DNA of 64,000 bases from Eledone cirrhosa. Its lineage: Eukaryota. How positions within the stretch are numbered: position 1 is the stretch's first letter; every line of letters begins with the position of its first letter. The position numbers and the translations under genes are program-made. The notes under the pieces are model-generated. The model ran no database searches and was not told the DNA's origin. It was given only the letters and a program-made list of their open reading frames with translations. Positions 26,401 through 39,200 of this stretch are shown here, one piece after another. Where the stretch lies: positions 47,430,001-47,494,000 of the forward strand of contig OZ024747.1 of assembly GCA_964016885.1 (NCBI GenBank). Reading direction: 5' to 3'.

Positions 26401-26885
26401 TTTCAATGCCATGTCACCAATGATTCGGTCTTTGGAATCGTTTCTGCCAAAGGTAGGCCCCTCATCTAGGAGGGCACATGCTGGCACATGCTTATGTGGC
26501 AACCTAGTTCGTTCGGCTACCAGCCCAGGCTCTACTGCGCGCTAAGCCGAAGAGAGCAAACTGTTCAAGATCGGCCGCTCTTGGATATGTTTGTAGTAGA
26601 GTCTGTAGCATTGCAGACTTCTTGATAATTAACTATCTGTACATTACTTTCCAAACCTTCTAACTATTATTTTTGTTGTCATTGTTCTTATTGTTGCTGT
26701 TATTGTTGTTCTTTTCATCTATTCATGTACAGCATTTTTCAGGAGTTGTCCACAAAGCTCCGAGTGAAAATGTTAGTTTTAATTAGATAAAATTGCATAA
26801 TAACATAAAACTTACTGTGGATCACCCAAACTCCGGTATGGACTACCATTGGTTCTGCTACAGATAAATAGAATATATAGATATG

Positions 26886-27968
26886 TTTCTTTATTAGCCA
26901 CAGGGGCACAAAAGAAGGGGACAAATACAAAGGGGGAAGTTTACGTACAATAAAAACGTGTAAAATACTATCACAAATGCAATTTAAAAAATAATCGATT
27001 TTCCCCAATAGGGGGAGACATTGCATATGGGTAACACATACCCCCCGAAAAAAATGTGCAACCCTCATCTCCAGGAGTACGAAGAGTTTGTACCCCTTTC
27101 CTCTCTTCCTCTTTTTCCTCAACCTACAGGCCGATATAGAGAGAAGGCCCATTCACTCGGGCCATTCTCGCCACTTTCACCCACCTTTCATAAAACTTGC
27201 TGGGGTACAGCACCTCTCTCTCTCCATCCTGATTCTTCTTCCAAAGTGGTATTTGAAAAAAAGAATCAGTTGTTGGCCGGAGAGAAAGGTGTCTGACCTC
27301 AGCCCTTTTAACCTCGTCCACCATACAACCTCTTTCGCCATAGCCATCACACAAAGGAAAACCGCCTCTCAATCGTTTTTGAAGGAGATTGGTGGTTTGA
27401 TCATGACAATAGACTCGGAGGTCAACCGGATTGGTCCCATCCGCGACAATAGTCGTTCTACATCGCCCCACAGGTCGGTAACGCCCGGGCAGTGTACAAA
27501 TGCGTGCGCGACGGTTTCTTCGCCTCGCACCGCATCTCGGACAGATCTTTTTCGAAGGGTCCCCGGGCGCCCATGTCTGTAGAGCTTGTCTCGAACTGGT
27601 AGAGCTCCTCGGTAGCACTGCCAAGCCAGGGACTTTTGGAAGTTGTCCATCGGTCCCGGGCGGAAGGTCCTACCGAACAGACTGCCCAGTTCGTCTTCCT
27701 CTACGCCTAGCGTTTCTCCGAGCGCGTCGTCGCACTTGCTGCGGATCAAACCTCTATAGAATGACGAAGTGGAGTCTCCACTGATCGCCGGGTCCGCCTG
27801 ACAGAGGTCTGTGAGCGCCTGAGCACATTCGATGTGCCAGTCGCCACTTTTCCTCTGTCTTTGCTTGACCCAGGACTGCAGCTCGGTCAGCGAGACGAGT
27901 CGTAGGAAGGCTCGCCTCACGAACGGGGCCCACACCGGTTGTCTGGTGAGGAATACGTAGAGATGCCG
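26886..27968 (-). mobile_element. Tx1/L1-type LINE, 5'-truncated 3' fragment
   Basis: Homologous to the ORF2 C-terminus of the 30.5-36.3 kb copy (PGPMDNFQKSLAWQCYRGALPVR; ERWVKVARMARVNG). AATAAA at the 3' end. Confidence 0.88.
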
Positions 27969-27969
27969 C

Positions 27970-30400
27970 AGTAGTTGTTCGGCGTAGTTCCACAGGTCAG
28001 CCACCCCTAGACACTGTACAATTGCGTGCAGAACGGTTTCAATGTCCCACTCGCATCTTTGACAGGTCCTTTTGGCAGGATCCCAGCCAAGGCGTCCGTG
28101 CCAGTAGATCTTGTCTCGAATTAGTAGAGCTTCCCGAACAGACTGGTCAGTTCGTCCTATTAGACGCCTAGAGTCTCCCTCAGAACGTCATCGCATTTAT
28201 CCTCCACTAACCCTCTATAGACTGTTGACGTGGAGTCCCCGCTGATTGCCGTGTCCGCCTGGTAGAGGACTGAGCGCCTGAGCACACTCGAGGTGCCAGG
28301 CACCCATTTTCAGTCTTCGCTTAACCCAGAACTGCAACTCCATTAGCGAGACGAGTTGCGGAAAAGCTTGTCTCACAAACGACGACCACACCGGTTCACC
28401 GGTCAGGAACACCTGGAGATGGCGTAGCCTCAGCGTGTGTTTGCGCATCATCAGCCACGGCATGCTCAACCCTCCGTTGGAAGAGTGTTGGCAGCAGATG
28501 GATCTCCTCACCAATGGAGCCTGTTTCTTCCAAAGGAACTTGAAGAGTAGGCGTTCCATTTTGGCGAAGTGATCATTAGGATAAGGCACGACTGTCAAGC
28601 GGTAGTAGATGACGAACGCTATGTAAGTGTTCGTCACCTCAGCTCGACCTTTTAAGGAGAGTTTGCACCCAGACCACTTCTGGGTGAGCGCAAATACCTT
28701 CGTCGTGACCGCGTTCCAGTTTTTCTCCACCTGTAGGTCTGAATCGACCCAGACCACAAGCAATTTCCCCGGTCCTTCCGTCCAACGTCCAACGACGCTG
28801 TCGGACGGCATGGGTTTGCCTCTCCATGTGCTGAGTTGCAAACCTACAGACTTGTCCGGGTTCAGTTTTGATCCCGTCAGCGTTTCGCATTCCTTTAGTA
28901 AGTTGCCGATCACCCTAATTTCCGAGGTTTTCAACACCATTGCAGTCACGCCGTCGGCATAAGCTGATACTGCTTTTCACAGTCCTGGTTCCATCGGGAT
29001 GCCCTGCAACAGCTCCAACCTCTGCAGTAGTGGTTCGAGAGTCAGTACATACAGAATGGGTGGAACGCGTGATTTGGAATGGCTCCGATAGGTAGCTATT
29101 CACCTTGACTGCCGAGCAGATGTTGCTGCGCATGGCAGCGATCCAGCCTCTGAAGACGGGTCCGAAACCGGCCGCCTTGAGAACCGCTTCCAAGTATTGA
29201 TGGTCGACCCTATCGAATGCCTTAGATTGATTCAAATTGATCATAGCCCCACCGAAGCTAGGTTTACACCCTACCCTCTCTATGATATATCGCATGAGGT
29301 GGAAGTTGTCGTGTATGTACCTGGTTGGGATTGCACACATTTGAGCTCCCCCCACCAGGCTCTCGGCGACAAGCGCCTGCCTCGCTGCTAGCGCCTTGGC
29401 CAAAATCTTCAACTCTGTGTTGAGCAGAGTTACGGGCCTGAAATTTCTTATGTTATCCCCTTTGTTCTCGTCTTTCTTGCTCAGCGTTACTACGCCTCGG
29501 CTTACAGAACTGGGAATTCTCCCGTTCTGCTGTCAGTTGCAGTAAACCACTTCGAGAACGTCAGAGAACAAGTCTGGCATGCCTATGTAAACCTCATAGG
29601 GTAGACCATCTAGACCGGGTGATTTACGCTTCCCACAGTGGCCTAGGGCGTCTTGTATTTCAGCAGCTGTGATCGCCCTTTCACCGCAGCTCTCTGCGTT
29701 GTGTTCGAGAGTCGCGATAGGCTGTCGAGGTAGAAGCTGAAGTCCGTCACCTCGTCCAACACACCGCTCTGCCCGAACAGTTGTCAAAGCGCTGCTGGAA
29801 AGCCGTGCACATCTGCCTGGATTCAAGTAGGACGCGTCCGTCTTGTGGATTTGTTGCAACTTTTCGCCGCTGCCACTCGGGCTCAGCTAACAGCTTTCGC
29901 TTCTTCGTTTCTCAGAGCACGTGTTCTACTTCTGACAATACAACCTTCGTGTTTCGCATTGAAGGACTGGTCTAGTGTCGTTTTCGCTGCTAGCACACCA
30001 GCTGCATTGCCACTCCTAAGTGCCTCTTCTCCTTTGTCTACCAATTCCTACCCTGTCTTGTTCTTCTCTAAAACTACTTCTTTGCTAAAGGCTATCGATT
30101 CTACTCTACCACCTGTTGTTGACGATGGCCCTTGTCAACTGACGTTTAACTAAACTGCTAATCCGTTTACTGTAAGCTTTACGCGTCGATAACGACATGT
30201 TTAGCTTCCAGTATCCTGGTCCTTGTCTATGTCTTCTATCAAGGTTGACTATGCAGGTGGTCTGAATAGGCAATCATGTGCATTTGGGGACATCTTAATG
30301 TTCCCCTATCGTTTTGTCTAATTAGAAATCTATCTAAATACGATCTAGAAGACCTGGTTGCTCCACGACCACAGAGGTGAGGTGCACTTGGAAAATCTAG
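27970..30400 (-). pseudogene. Older decayed Tx1/L1-type ORF2 fragment
   Basis: KSPGLDGLP, QSKAFDRVDH, LSLKGRAEV and SYLDRFL in broken frames. The 5' end abuts (GATA)n. Confidence 0.85.
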
Positions 30401-30478
<78 letters not shown>

Positions 30479-30797
30479 TGTTTCTTTTATTTGCCACAAG
30501 GGCATCAAAAGTGGGACAAGTACAATGGGGGGAGTTTACAAAACAAGGCGTCCTCAATAGGGAGGAGGCAATAACAATATATAAAAATAAAATAAAATAT
30601 AACAAAAAATAGAACTATAACAAAATCCTCAATAGAGGATTTTGTTATAAAATATAACAAAAAATAAAATTTATAACAAAATCCTCAATAGAGAGGAGGC
30701 GCCTTGGGGGGTCGCACACACCCCCGAAAAAAGTGTGCAACCCTTTTCCTCAGGAGCACAGAGAGGGGGTGCTCCCTCGTTCCTTCCTCTTTTCCAC

Positions 30798-33700
30798 CTA
30801 CAGGCTCATGTAAAGAGAAGGCCCATTCACACGGGCCATTCTCGCCACTTTCACCCATCTTTCATAGAAACGGCTGGGGTGCAGCACCTCTCTCTCCATC
30901 CTGATCCTTCTTCCGAAATGATATCGGAAGAAACGGACCAGTTGTTGGCCAGAGAGAAAGGTGCCTGACCTCGGTCCTTTCAGACGCGTCCACCATACAA
31001 CCTCTTTCGCCATGGCTATTACGCACAGAATCACCGCCTCTGCTTCATCTTTGAAGGGGGGAGGCGGCTTGATCATTACAATAGACTCGGTGGTCAACCG
31101 GATCGGTCCCACCCTTGACAGCAGTTGTTCGACATAGCCCCACAGATCGGCTACGCCCGAGCAGTGTACCAATGCGTGTTCAACGGTTTCCTCGTCGCAC
31201 ACGCATCTGGGACAGATCTTTTTGGCGGGGTCCCTACCCGGGCGCCCGTGTCTGTAGAGCCTTTCTCGAACGGGTAAAGCCCCTCGGTAGCACTGCCAGG
31301 CCAGGGACTTCTGGAAGTTGTCCATAGGTCCCGGGCTGAATGTCCTACCGAACAGGCTGGCCAGTTCGTCCTCCTCCATGTCTAGGGCTTCTCCGAGGGC
31401 GTCGTCGCACCTGCTGCGTACCAGCCCTCTATAGAATGTTGCGGTGGAGTCTCCACTGATAACCGGATCCGCCTGCCAGAGGGCGGTGAGCGCCTGGGCA
31501 CACTCAGTGTGCCAGGCGCCCAGTTTTCTCGGTCTTTGCTTGACCCAGGATTGCAGCTCGGTGAGTGAGACGAGTCTGGGAAAGGTTCGTCTCACAAACG
31601 AGGCCCACACCGGTTGTTCGGTGAGGAATACGTAGAGGTGCCGTAGCCTTAATGCGTGTTTACGCATCATTAGCCACGGCATCCCCAGCCCTCCTTTCGA
31701 AGGGTGTTGACAGCAGATGGATCTCCTCACCATAGGAGCCCGCCTCTTCCAAAGGAATTGGAAGAGCGCGCGCTCCATCTTGGTGAGGGTTTCCCTTGGG
31801 CAGGGCACTACGGTCAGGCGGTAGTAGATGACGGACGCTATGTAGGTGTTCGCCACCTCCGCCCGACCTTTCAGGGATAGTTTGCAACTGGCCCACTTCT
31901 GGGTCAGTGCAAACACCCTGTTCGTAACCTCCGACCAGTTTTTCTCCACCTGGAGGTCCGGTCCGAACCAGACCCCAAGCAACTTCACCGGGCCCTCCGT
32001 CCAGCGTCCGACGACGCCATCGGAGGGCATCGGTCTGCCCCTCCACGTGCCGAGTTGCAAACCGATCGACTTGTCCCGGTTCAGCTTAGCCCCTGTGAAC
32101 TTTTCGTACTCCTCCAGTAAGGTGCCGACCGCCTCGATTTCGGAGGCCGTCGACACCATTACTGTCACGTCATCGGCGTAGGCCGACACCGCTTTCCGCA
32201 ATCCCGGTTCCAAAGGGATGCCCTGCAACAACTCCAACTTCCGCAGTAGTGGCTCGAGAGTCAACACATACAGAAGGGAGGAGAGAGGGCACCCTTGTCG
32301 GATGGACCGCGCGATTTTGAACGGCTCCGAGAGGTAGCCGTTCACCTTGACCCTAGAGCAGATGCGGCTGCTGTGCATAGCAGTGATCCAGCCCCTGAAA
32401 ACGGGTCCGAAGCCTGCCGCCGCTAGCACCGCATCCAGGTAACCATGGTCGACCCTATCGAACGCCTTAGATTGATCCAAGTTGATCAGAGCCCCACCAA
32501 AGCCGGGTTCGTTCCCAACCCTCTCTATGATGTATCGCATGAGGTGGAGGTTGTCATGGATGGACCTGGACGGGATAGCGCATGTCTGCGCATCTCCCAC
32601 CAGGTTGCCCACGACAAGCGCCAACCTCTTTGCTAGCACCTTGGCCAAAATCTGTAACTCTGTATTTAGCAGTGTTATGGGCCTGAAGTTACTTATTTCG
32701 TCCCCCTTGTTCTCGTCCTTCCTCACTAGCGTGACTACGCCCTTGGTCACAGTACAGGGAATTCTCCCGTTCTGTTGCCAGTTGCAGTAGACCGCCTCGA
32801 GGAGATCGGGGAACAAGTCCGGCATAGCTAGATATAATTCGTAAGGAAGACCATCGAGACCCGGGGATTTGCGTTTGCCGCATTGGCTCAGCACGTCCTC
32901 TATCTCAGCGGCCGAAATCGGCTCCTCGCAGGACTTCGCCTCCCTGTCCGAGAGGCGCGGCAGGCCGTCGAGGTATGGACCGAAGTCCACGTTCCCAACC
33001 GGCTCCCCGCCCCTCCCGAAAAGTCGGGCAAAGTGTCTTTGAAAGGCCTCACACATCTGCTTAGGCTCAAGAATCGCCCGTCCATCCAGGTCTCGCAAAG
33101 ACCGGATGGTGGATTTAGTTCCACTGTTGGCCTCTGTCACGCGGGCCCAGCTAACAGCTTTGGTCCCCTCGTTCCCTAGAGCACGTATTTTACTTCGGAC
33201 AACGCAGCCTTCGTGCTTCGCGTCGAAAAACTGGCTCAAAGCCCTTCTCGACGCTAGCACTCTGGCCACGTCGCCGATTCTAATTGCCTCTTCTACTCTA
33301 TCTATTAGCTCCCTTTCCTTCCTATTCCTATCCGCAGCTAGAACCTTACTAAATTCTATCGAGACTACTCTAATCTCTCTCTTTAGAGATACCCACCACC
33401 TGCTGTTGACGATCGCTCCAGTCAACCGTTCCTTAACTAACGTACTAATCCGATTCCTGTAGGCTCTACTTGCCGGCAAGGACAAGTTGAGCTTCCAGTA
33501 ACCGGGGCCCTGTCTATGAGTTCTGTCAAGGTTGACCATGCAGGTCACTAATTTGTGGTCTGAATAGCCAACCATGCGCATTTTTGGACAACTTAAAAAG
33601 TCCTTATCCTTAATTCTAACTAAGAACCTATCTAGGTACGACCTAGATGATCCGCTACGATTTGCCCAAGTCCAGGTTGGCGCAGTCGGAAAATCTAGTC

Positions 33701-34235
33701 GATATCTATCGGCCAGGTCAAATCGACCGATTAACCCTTTGAGGCTATTACACCCCTCTCTATCGGGGCAAGCCCCTACGTAGTCCCAGCGTGCATCTAG
33801 GATACCATTCCAGTCCCCCACTAATAGCAAGGAGCGGGACGTCCCTAGAAAAGTCTCCAGACGATGGAAGAAGTCCGGCCGCATTGACCCGAAAGGGACG
33901 TAGGCGGCTACCAACCTAAACGCTCCGCCTTTACCACTGCCAAGGTCCAGAACCACTAGTCGACCCTCCGAGTCCAAATGTACCATCTGTGTTGCGAGAC
34001 CCTGATGTTTTTGCAGCAGAACGACAACTCCGCCCCCACCTCCGGGCTGACAGAGAGATGCGTGCATCTCAAAGTCATCAAAGGTGGGGGCCAGCTGTCG
34101 CACGTTGCTGATCCGGGCCTCGCAAATAATCATCACATCTATACGTTGTGACCTGAGGTCATTTAGAAGCATTGCTTGCTTCCAAGTTGAGCCCAGGCCA
34201 CGCGCATTTAAACAGCCTACTCTTAGCATAGCCAT
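30798..34235 (-). CDS. ORF2: APE endonuclease, reverse transcriptase and C-terminal CCHC (1145 aa from ATG 34235)
   Basis: CLNARGL, VGDWN, YLDR, YSDH; KSPGLDG, FRPITLL, DQSKAFD, RQGCPLS, YADD; CPRC...HALVHC. Confidence 0.93.
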   Translation of the reverse strand: MAMLRVGCLNARGLGSTWKQAMLLNDLRSQRIDVMIICEARISNVRQLAPTFDDFEMHASLCQPGGGGGVVVLLQKHQGLATQMVHLDSEGRLVVLDLGSGKGGAFRLVAAYVPFGSMRPDFFHRLETFLGTSRSLLLVGDWNGILDARWDYVGACPDREGCNSLKGLIGRFDLADRYRLDFPTAPTWTWANRSGSSRSYLDRFLVRIKDKDFLSCPKMRMVGYSDHKLVTCMVNLDRTHRQGPGYWKLNLSLPASRAYRNRISTLVKERLTGAIVNSRWWVSLKREIRVVSIEFSKVLAADRNRKERELIDRVEEAIRIGDVARVLASRRALSQFFDAKHEGCVVRSKIRALGNEGTKAVSWARVTEANSGTKSTIRSLRDLDGRAILEPKQMCEAFQRHFARLFGRGGEPVGNVDFGPYLDGLPRLSDREAKSCEEPISAAEIEDVLSQCGKRKSPGLDGLPYELYLAMPDLFPDLLEAVYCNWQQNGRIPCTVTKGVVTLVRKDENKGDEISNFRPITLLNTELQILAKVLAKRLALVVGNLVGDAQTCAIPSRSIHDNLHLMRYIIERVGNEPGFGGALINLDQSKAFDRVDHGYLDAVLAAAGFGPVFRGWITAMHSSRICSRVKVNGYLSEPFKIARSIRQGCPLSSLLYVLTLEPLLRKLELLQGIPLEPGLRKAVSAYADDVTVMVSTASEIEAVGTLLEEYEKFTGAKLNRDKSIGLQLGTWRGRPMPSDGVVGRWTEGPVKLLGVWFGPDLQVEKNWSEVTNRVFALTQKWASCKLSLKGRAEVANTYIASVIYYRLTVVPCPRETLTKMERALFQFLWKRRAPMVRRSICCQHPSKGGLGMPWLMMRKHALRLRHLYVFLTEQPVWASFVRRTFPRLVSLTELQSWVKQRPRKLGAWHTECAQALTALWQADPVISGDSTATFYRGLVRSRCDDALGEALDMEEDELASLFGRTFSPGPMDNFQKSLAWQCYRGALPVRERLYRHGRPGRDPAKKICPRCVCDEETVEHALVHCSGVADLWGYVEQLLSRVGPIRLTTESIVMIKPPPPFKDEAEAVILCVIAMAKEVVWWTRLKGPRSGTFLSGQQLVRFFRYHFGRRIRMEREVLHPSRFYERWVKVARMARVNGPSLYMSL

Positions 34236-34259
34236 GTTGGCGGTGAAGAGAAAAGGCAC

Positions 34260-36047
34260 TTACCTCTCTGCGTCCCGGGTATCGGGCTGCACAATTTCCA
34301 TTAGGGTGGGGGATGGGTTGTTGGGTGGGGTGGTGGTTTGTGGAAGTGTGGGGGCATCAGTGTGTTGTGTGGTTGGGGAGCTTGGAGTTGTGTGGGTGTT
34401 TGGGGAGGGGGTGGGATAGTTTTTTAGGAGGACGCGGTTAATGGGCCCGACGCAGGGGGGACCCACGTCCTCTTTAAAATTGTTTTTTAAAGTTTTATAG
34501 GTGTCCTGTGGGGCCTTAATCATTTTGAGGTGGGGGAAATCCCCTGCCTGGGTGAAGTTAGGCCCTTGTGTTTTTATTAGATTGTTGTTGTACACAATGT
34601 TTAACAGTTTTTTGTTTCTTGTATTTATGTATGTGTATGCATGTTTTTGTTTTTGTGTGGTGTTTTTTGTTTGCTGTTGTGAGCTCTTTTGTGTTGGTGT
34701 CAGTGTTATGTTTTGGGGAGGGTTTTTTTTCATTTGTGTGTCTGAGGTGTGTTTTCTTTTTTTTCTTTTGATTGTGTGGAAGTGCTTCTCCTCGTCTGAC
34801 GACGAACTAGGGTCATCTTCCGCGTTGGAGGGGAGGGGTATATTTTCGGGTTGTGTTTGCGGTACGGGTGTTTTGGAAATTGTTTTTGTTTTTTGAGTGG
34901 AGGGGATGGGTTGGACATTGTTTTGTTTTGGTTTGAGCTGTGGTGGTTGTTTTTGTAGTGGTAGTTGTGGTGATTGTGTTTGTTGTGCAGTTGTTGGTGG
35001 TGTAGGCAGGATTGGGGTTTTCTTATTAAGTTGGGGACAAACAGCCTTCAGGTGACCTCTGGTTCCGCAGAGGTAACACGAGGGCCGTCTACCCTCAACG
35101 GTAATGTTGATGAAGGTTAGATCATCCAGTATGACGCGTTCAGGGATCTGGGCGATCCTTTCGGGCCTCATTTGAACTACAAGTTCGAGGCTCGTTCCAC
35201 TGAACGCGTCACCCGATGCCTTTCCCATGGACACCAGCATGTCATCCTCCAGGTCCAGAAAACCTGTCAAAACCCACCATATGTCCATAATCGGCAGGAT
35301 GGTGTGGATTTTTATTTTTTGTGTTCTTCTACCCATGTACGTAGGGTAGAAGGTGTATGCGGTGGATGTGATTGGTTTGATGGACAGTTTCACTGCTGTG
35401 TCCCTGTCCTTCATGAGAATGGATAGACTCCCGTAGAGTCTATCCTTCTGAATGAAGGTGATGTCCTTCATGACGTCTTTTAAAACCAGCTCTATCTCGC
35501 TCTGTGATGGTTGAGCTGGTTTTTTACTTTTGTTCGAGATTGTCCTAAACATGACCGTGTTTAGGAGTCTCTGGCTTTTTAGTTCCGGGGGGGAATGGAT
35601 TGTGAATGAACCATTTTCCCCGTAGACTATATATTTTTTCGCATCCGCCAGTAGCTCCTTCGCTTTTGTTATATCTACTGGCAGATAGTCGAGGGTTTTC
35701 CTTGTCGTCTCGGCGAAGGAGAAATTTTGTTTGTTTGTGTTGTTGTTGTCGTTGGTGGTGTTGTTGTTATCATTGTTGTTGTTGTCACTGTTATTGGTCT
35801 TGTTGTTGTTATTGTTATTGTTATTGGTGTTGTTTTCGTCCGTCGCATTGTTGTTGTTGTTGCTGTTGCTGCTGGTTCTTTGGGTTGTTGCCATGGCAAC
35901 GTCAAGTTGTCGGTTAACAGGTGGAGAGAATTCTTCCTCTGGCTGACCTTTCTTCTTGACCTCTGCTACTGTGACAGTGGCAGGGGGAAGCTGTAAGTTC
36001 ATCTTCCCCTTTCCTCCTTCGAATTTTGGTGAAGAAGCTTCGGCCAT
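34260..36047 (-). CDS. ORF1: gag-like nucleic-acid-binding protein with a CCHC zinc knuckle (595 aa)
   Basis: CYLCGTRGHLKAVC knuckle, Asn-rich N-terminus, Pro/Gln/Thr-rich tail; lies directly upstream of ORF2. Confidence 0.88.
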   Translation of the reverse strand: MAEASSPKFEGGKGKMNLQLPPATVTVAEVKKKGQPEEEFSPPVNRQLDVAMATTQRTSSNSNNNNNATDENNTNNNNNNNNKTNNSDNNNNDNNNTTNDNNNTNKQNFSFAETTRKTLDYLPVDITKAKELLADAKKYIVYGENGSFTIHSPPELKSQRLLNTVMFRTISNKSKKPAQPSQSEIELVLKDVMKDITFIQKDRLYGSLSILMKDRDTAVKLSIKPITSTAYTFYPTYMGRRTQKIKIHTILPIMDIWWVLTGFLDLEDDMLVSMGKASGDAFSGTSLELVVQMRPERIAQIPERVILDDLTFINITVEGRRPSCYLCGTRGHLKAVCPQLNKKTPILPTPPTTAQQTQSPQLPLQKQPPQLKPKQNNVQPIPSTQKTKTISKTPVPQTQPENIPLPSNAEDDPSSSSDEEKHFHTIKRKKRKHTSDTQMKKNPPQNITLTPTQKSSQQQTKNTTQKQKHAYTYINTRNKKLLNIVYNNNLIKTQGPNFTQAGDFPHLKMIKAPQDTYKTLKNNFKEDVGPPCVGPINRVLLKNYPTPSPNTHTTPSSPTTQHTDAPTLPQTTTPPNNPSPTLMEIVQPDTRDAER

Positions 36048-36284
36048 TTAAAAAAATATTGACTTTTCAACAAGAAAAAACTTTTTTTTTTTGTTTAACT
36101 ATTTCGCCTAAAGGCGTAGAATATTTTGAGAGACTGACCAGATCAAAGTTTGACCTGGCAGTCCCTCTACAAACTGGTACAAAAATTAAAGTTATCAGAC
36201 AAGAATTTCTATAGAAATTTAAACAGAACTTACTCAGCAAGTTATACGCGTGTGTCCATTCCAGAGAAGATAGATAGATAGATA

Positions 36285-39200
36285 AGTTTCTTTTATTTGC
36301 CACTAGGGCATCAAAAGTGGGACAAGTACAAAGGGGGGAGTTTACACAAAAAGGCGTCCTCAATAAGGAGGAGGCAATAACAAAATATAAAAATAAAATA
36401 AGATATAACAAAAAATAAAATTTTTAATAAAATCCTCAATAGAGAGGAGGCGCCTTGGGGGGTCGCACACACCCCCGAAAAAAGTGTGCAACCCTTTTCC
36501 TCAGGAGCACAGAGAGGGGGTGCTCCCTCGTTCCTTCCTCTTTTCCACCTACAGGCTTATGTAAAGAGAAGGCCCATTCACACGGGCCATTCTCGCCACT
36601 TTCACCCACCTTTCATAAAAACGACTGTGGTGCAGCACCTCTCTCTCCATCCTGATCCTTCTTCCGAAATGAAATCGGAAGAAACGGACCAGTTGTTGGC
36701 CAGAGAGAAAGGTGCCTGACCTCAGTCCTTTCAGACGCGTCCACCATACAACCTCTTTCGCCATGGCTATTACGCACAGAAACACCGCCTCTGCTTCATC
36801 TTTGAAGGGGGGAGGCGGCTTGATCATTACAATAGACTCGGTGGTCAACCGGATCGGTCCCACCCTTGACAGCAGTTGTTCGACATAGCCCCACAGATCG
36901 GCTACGCCCGAGCAGTGTACCAATGCGTGTGCAACGGTTTCCTCGTCGCACACGCATCTGGGACAGATCTTTTTGGCGGGGTCCCTACCCGGGCGCCCGT
37001 GTCTGTAGAGCCTTTCTCGAACGGGTAAAGCCCCTCGGTAGCACTGCCAGGCCAGGGACTTCTGGAAGTTGTCCATAGGTCCCGGGCTGAATGTCCTACC
37101 GAACAGGCTGGCCAGTTCGTCCTCCTCCATGTCTAGGGCTTCTCCGAGGGCGTCGTCGCACCTGCTGCGTACCAGCCCTCTATAGAATGTTGCGGTGGAG
37201 TCTCCACTGATAACCGGATCCGCCTGCCAGAGGGCGGTGAGCGCCTGGGCACACTCAGTGTGCCAGGCGCCCAGTTTTCTCGGTCTTTGCTTGACCCAGG
37301 ATTGCAGCTCGGTGAGTGAGACGAGTCTGGGAAAGGTTCGTCTCACAAACGAGGCCCACACCGGTTGTCCGGTGAGGAATACGTAGAGGTGCCGTAGCCT
37401 TAATGCGTGTTTACGCATCATTAGCCACGGCATCCCCAGCCCTCCTTTCGAAGGGTGTTGACAGCAGATGGATCTCCTCACCATAGGAGCCCGCCTCTTC
37501 CAAAGGAATTGGAAGAGCGCGCGCTCCATCTTGGTGAGGGTTTCCCTTGGGCAGGGCACTACGGTCAGGCGGTAGTAGATGACGGACGCTATATAAGTGT
37601 TCGCCACCTCCGCCCGACCTTTCAGGGATAGTTTGCAACTGGCCCACTTCTGGGTCAGTGCAAACACCCTGTTCGTAACCTCCGCCCAGTTTTTCTCCAC
37701 CTGGAGGTCCCGTCCGAACCAGACCCCGAGCAACTTCACCGGGCCCTCCGTCCAGCGTCCGACGACGCCATCAGAGGGCATCGGTCTGCCCCTCCACGTG
37801 CCGAGTTGCAAACCGATCGACTTGTCCCGGTTCAGCTTAGCCCCTGTGAACTTTTCGTACTCCTCCAGTAAGGTGCCGACCGCCTCGATTTCGGAAGCCG
37901 TCGACACCATTACTGTGACATCATCGGCGTAGGCTGACACCGCTTTCCGCAATCCCGGTTCCAAAGGGATGCCCTGCAACAACTCCAACTTCCGCAGTAG
38001 TGGCTCGAGAGTCAACACATACAGAAGGGAGGAGAGAAGGCACCCTTGTCGGATGGACCGCGCGATTTTGAACGGCTCCGAGAGGTAGCCGTTCACCTTG
38101 ACCCTAGAGCAGATGCGGCTGCTGTGCATAGCAGTGATCCAGCCCCTGAAAACGGGTCCGAAGCCTGCCGCCGCTAGCACCGCATCCAGGTAACCATGGT
38201 CGACCCTATCGAACGCCTTAGATTGATCCAAGTTGATCAGAGCCCCACCAAAGCCGGGTTCGTTCACAACCCTCTCTATGATGTATCGCATGAGGTGGAG
38301 GTTGTCATGGATGGACCTGGACGGGATAGCGCATGTCTGCGCATCTCCCACCAGGTTGCCCACGACAAGCGCCAACCTCTTTGCTAGCACCTTGGCCAAA
38401 ATCTGTAACTCTGTATTTAGCAGAGTTATGGGCCTGAAGTTACTTATTTCGTCCCCCTTGTTCTCGTCCTTCCTCACTAGCGTGACTACGCCCTTGGTCA
38501 CAGTACAGGGAATTCTCCCGTTCTGTTGCCAGTTGCAGTAGACCGCCTCGAGGAGATCGGGGAACAAGTCCGGCATAGCTAGATATAATTCGTAAGGAAG
38601 ACCATCGAGACCCGGGGATTTGCGTTTGCCGCATTGGCTCAGCACGTCCTCTATCTCAGCGGCCGAAATCGGCTCCTCGCAGGACTTCGCCTCCCTGTCC
38701 GAGAGGCGCGGCAGGCCGTCGAGGTATGGACCGAAGTCCACGTTCCCAACCGGCTCCCCGCCCCTCCCGAACAGTCGGGCAAAGTGCCTTTGAAAGGCCT
38801 CACACATCTGCTTAGGCTCAAGAATCGCCCGTCCATCCAGGTCTCGCAAAGACCGGATGGTGGATTTAGTTCCACTGTTGGCCTCTGTCACGCGGGCCCA
38901 GCTAACAGCTTTGGCCCCCTCGTTCCCTAGAGCACGTATTTTACTTCGGACAACGCAGCCTTCGTGCTTCGCGTCGAAAAACTGGCTCAAAGCCGTTCTC
39001 GACGCTAGCACTCTGGCCACGTCGCCGCTTCTAATTGCCTCTTCTACTCTATCTATTAGCTCCCTTTCCTTCCTATTCCTATCCGCAGCTAGAACCTTAC
39101 TAAATTCAATCGAGACTACTCTAATCTCTCTCTTTAGAGATACCCACCACCTGCTGTTGACGATCGCTCCAGTCAACCGTTCCTTAACTAACGTACTAAT

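Larger units (their letters stand above)
30478..36268 (-). mobile_element. Apparently full-length, intact Tx1/L1-type LINE in (GATA)n
   Basis: ~220-bp 5' UTR, ORF1, ORF2, and a 3' UTR with AATAAA. (GATA)n at 30401-30477 and 36269-36284. Confidence 0.92.
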
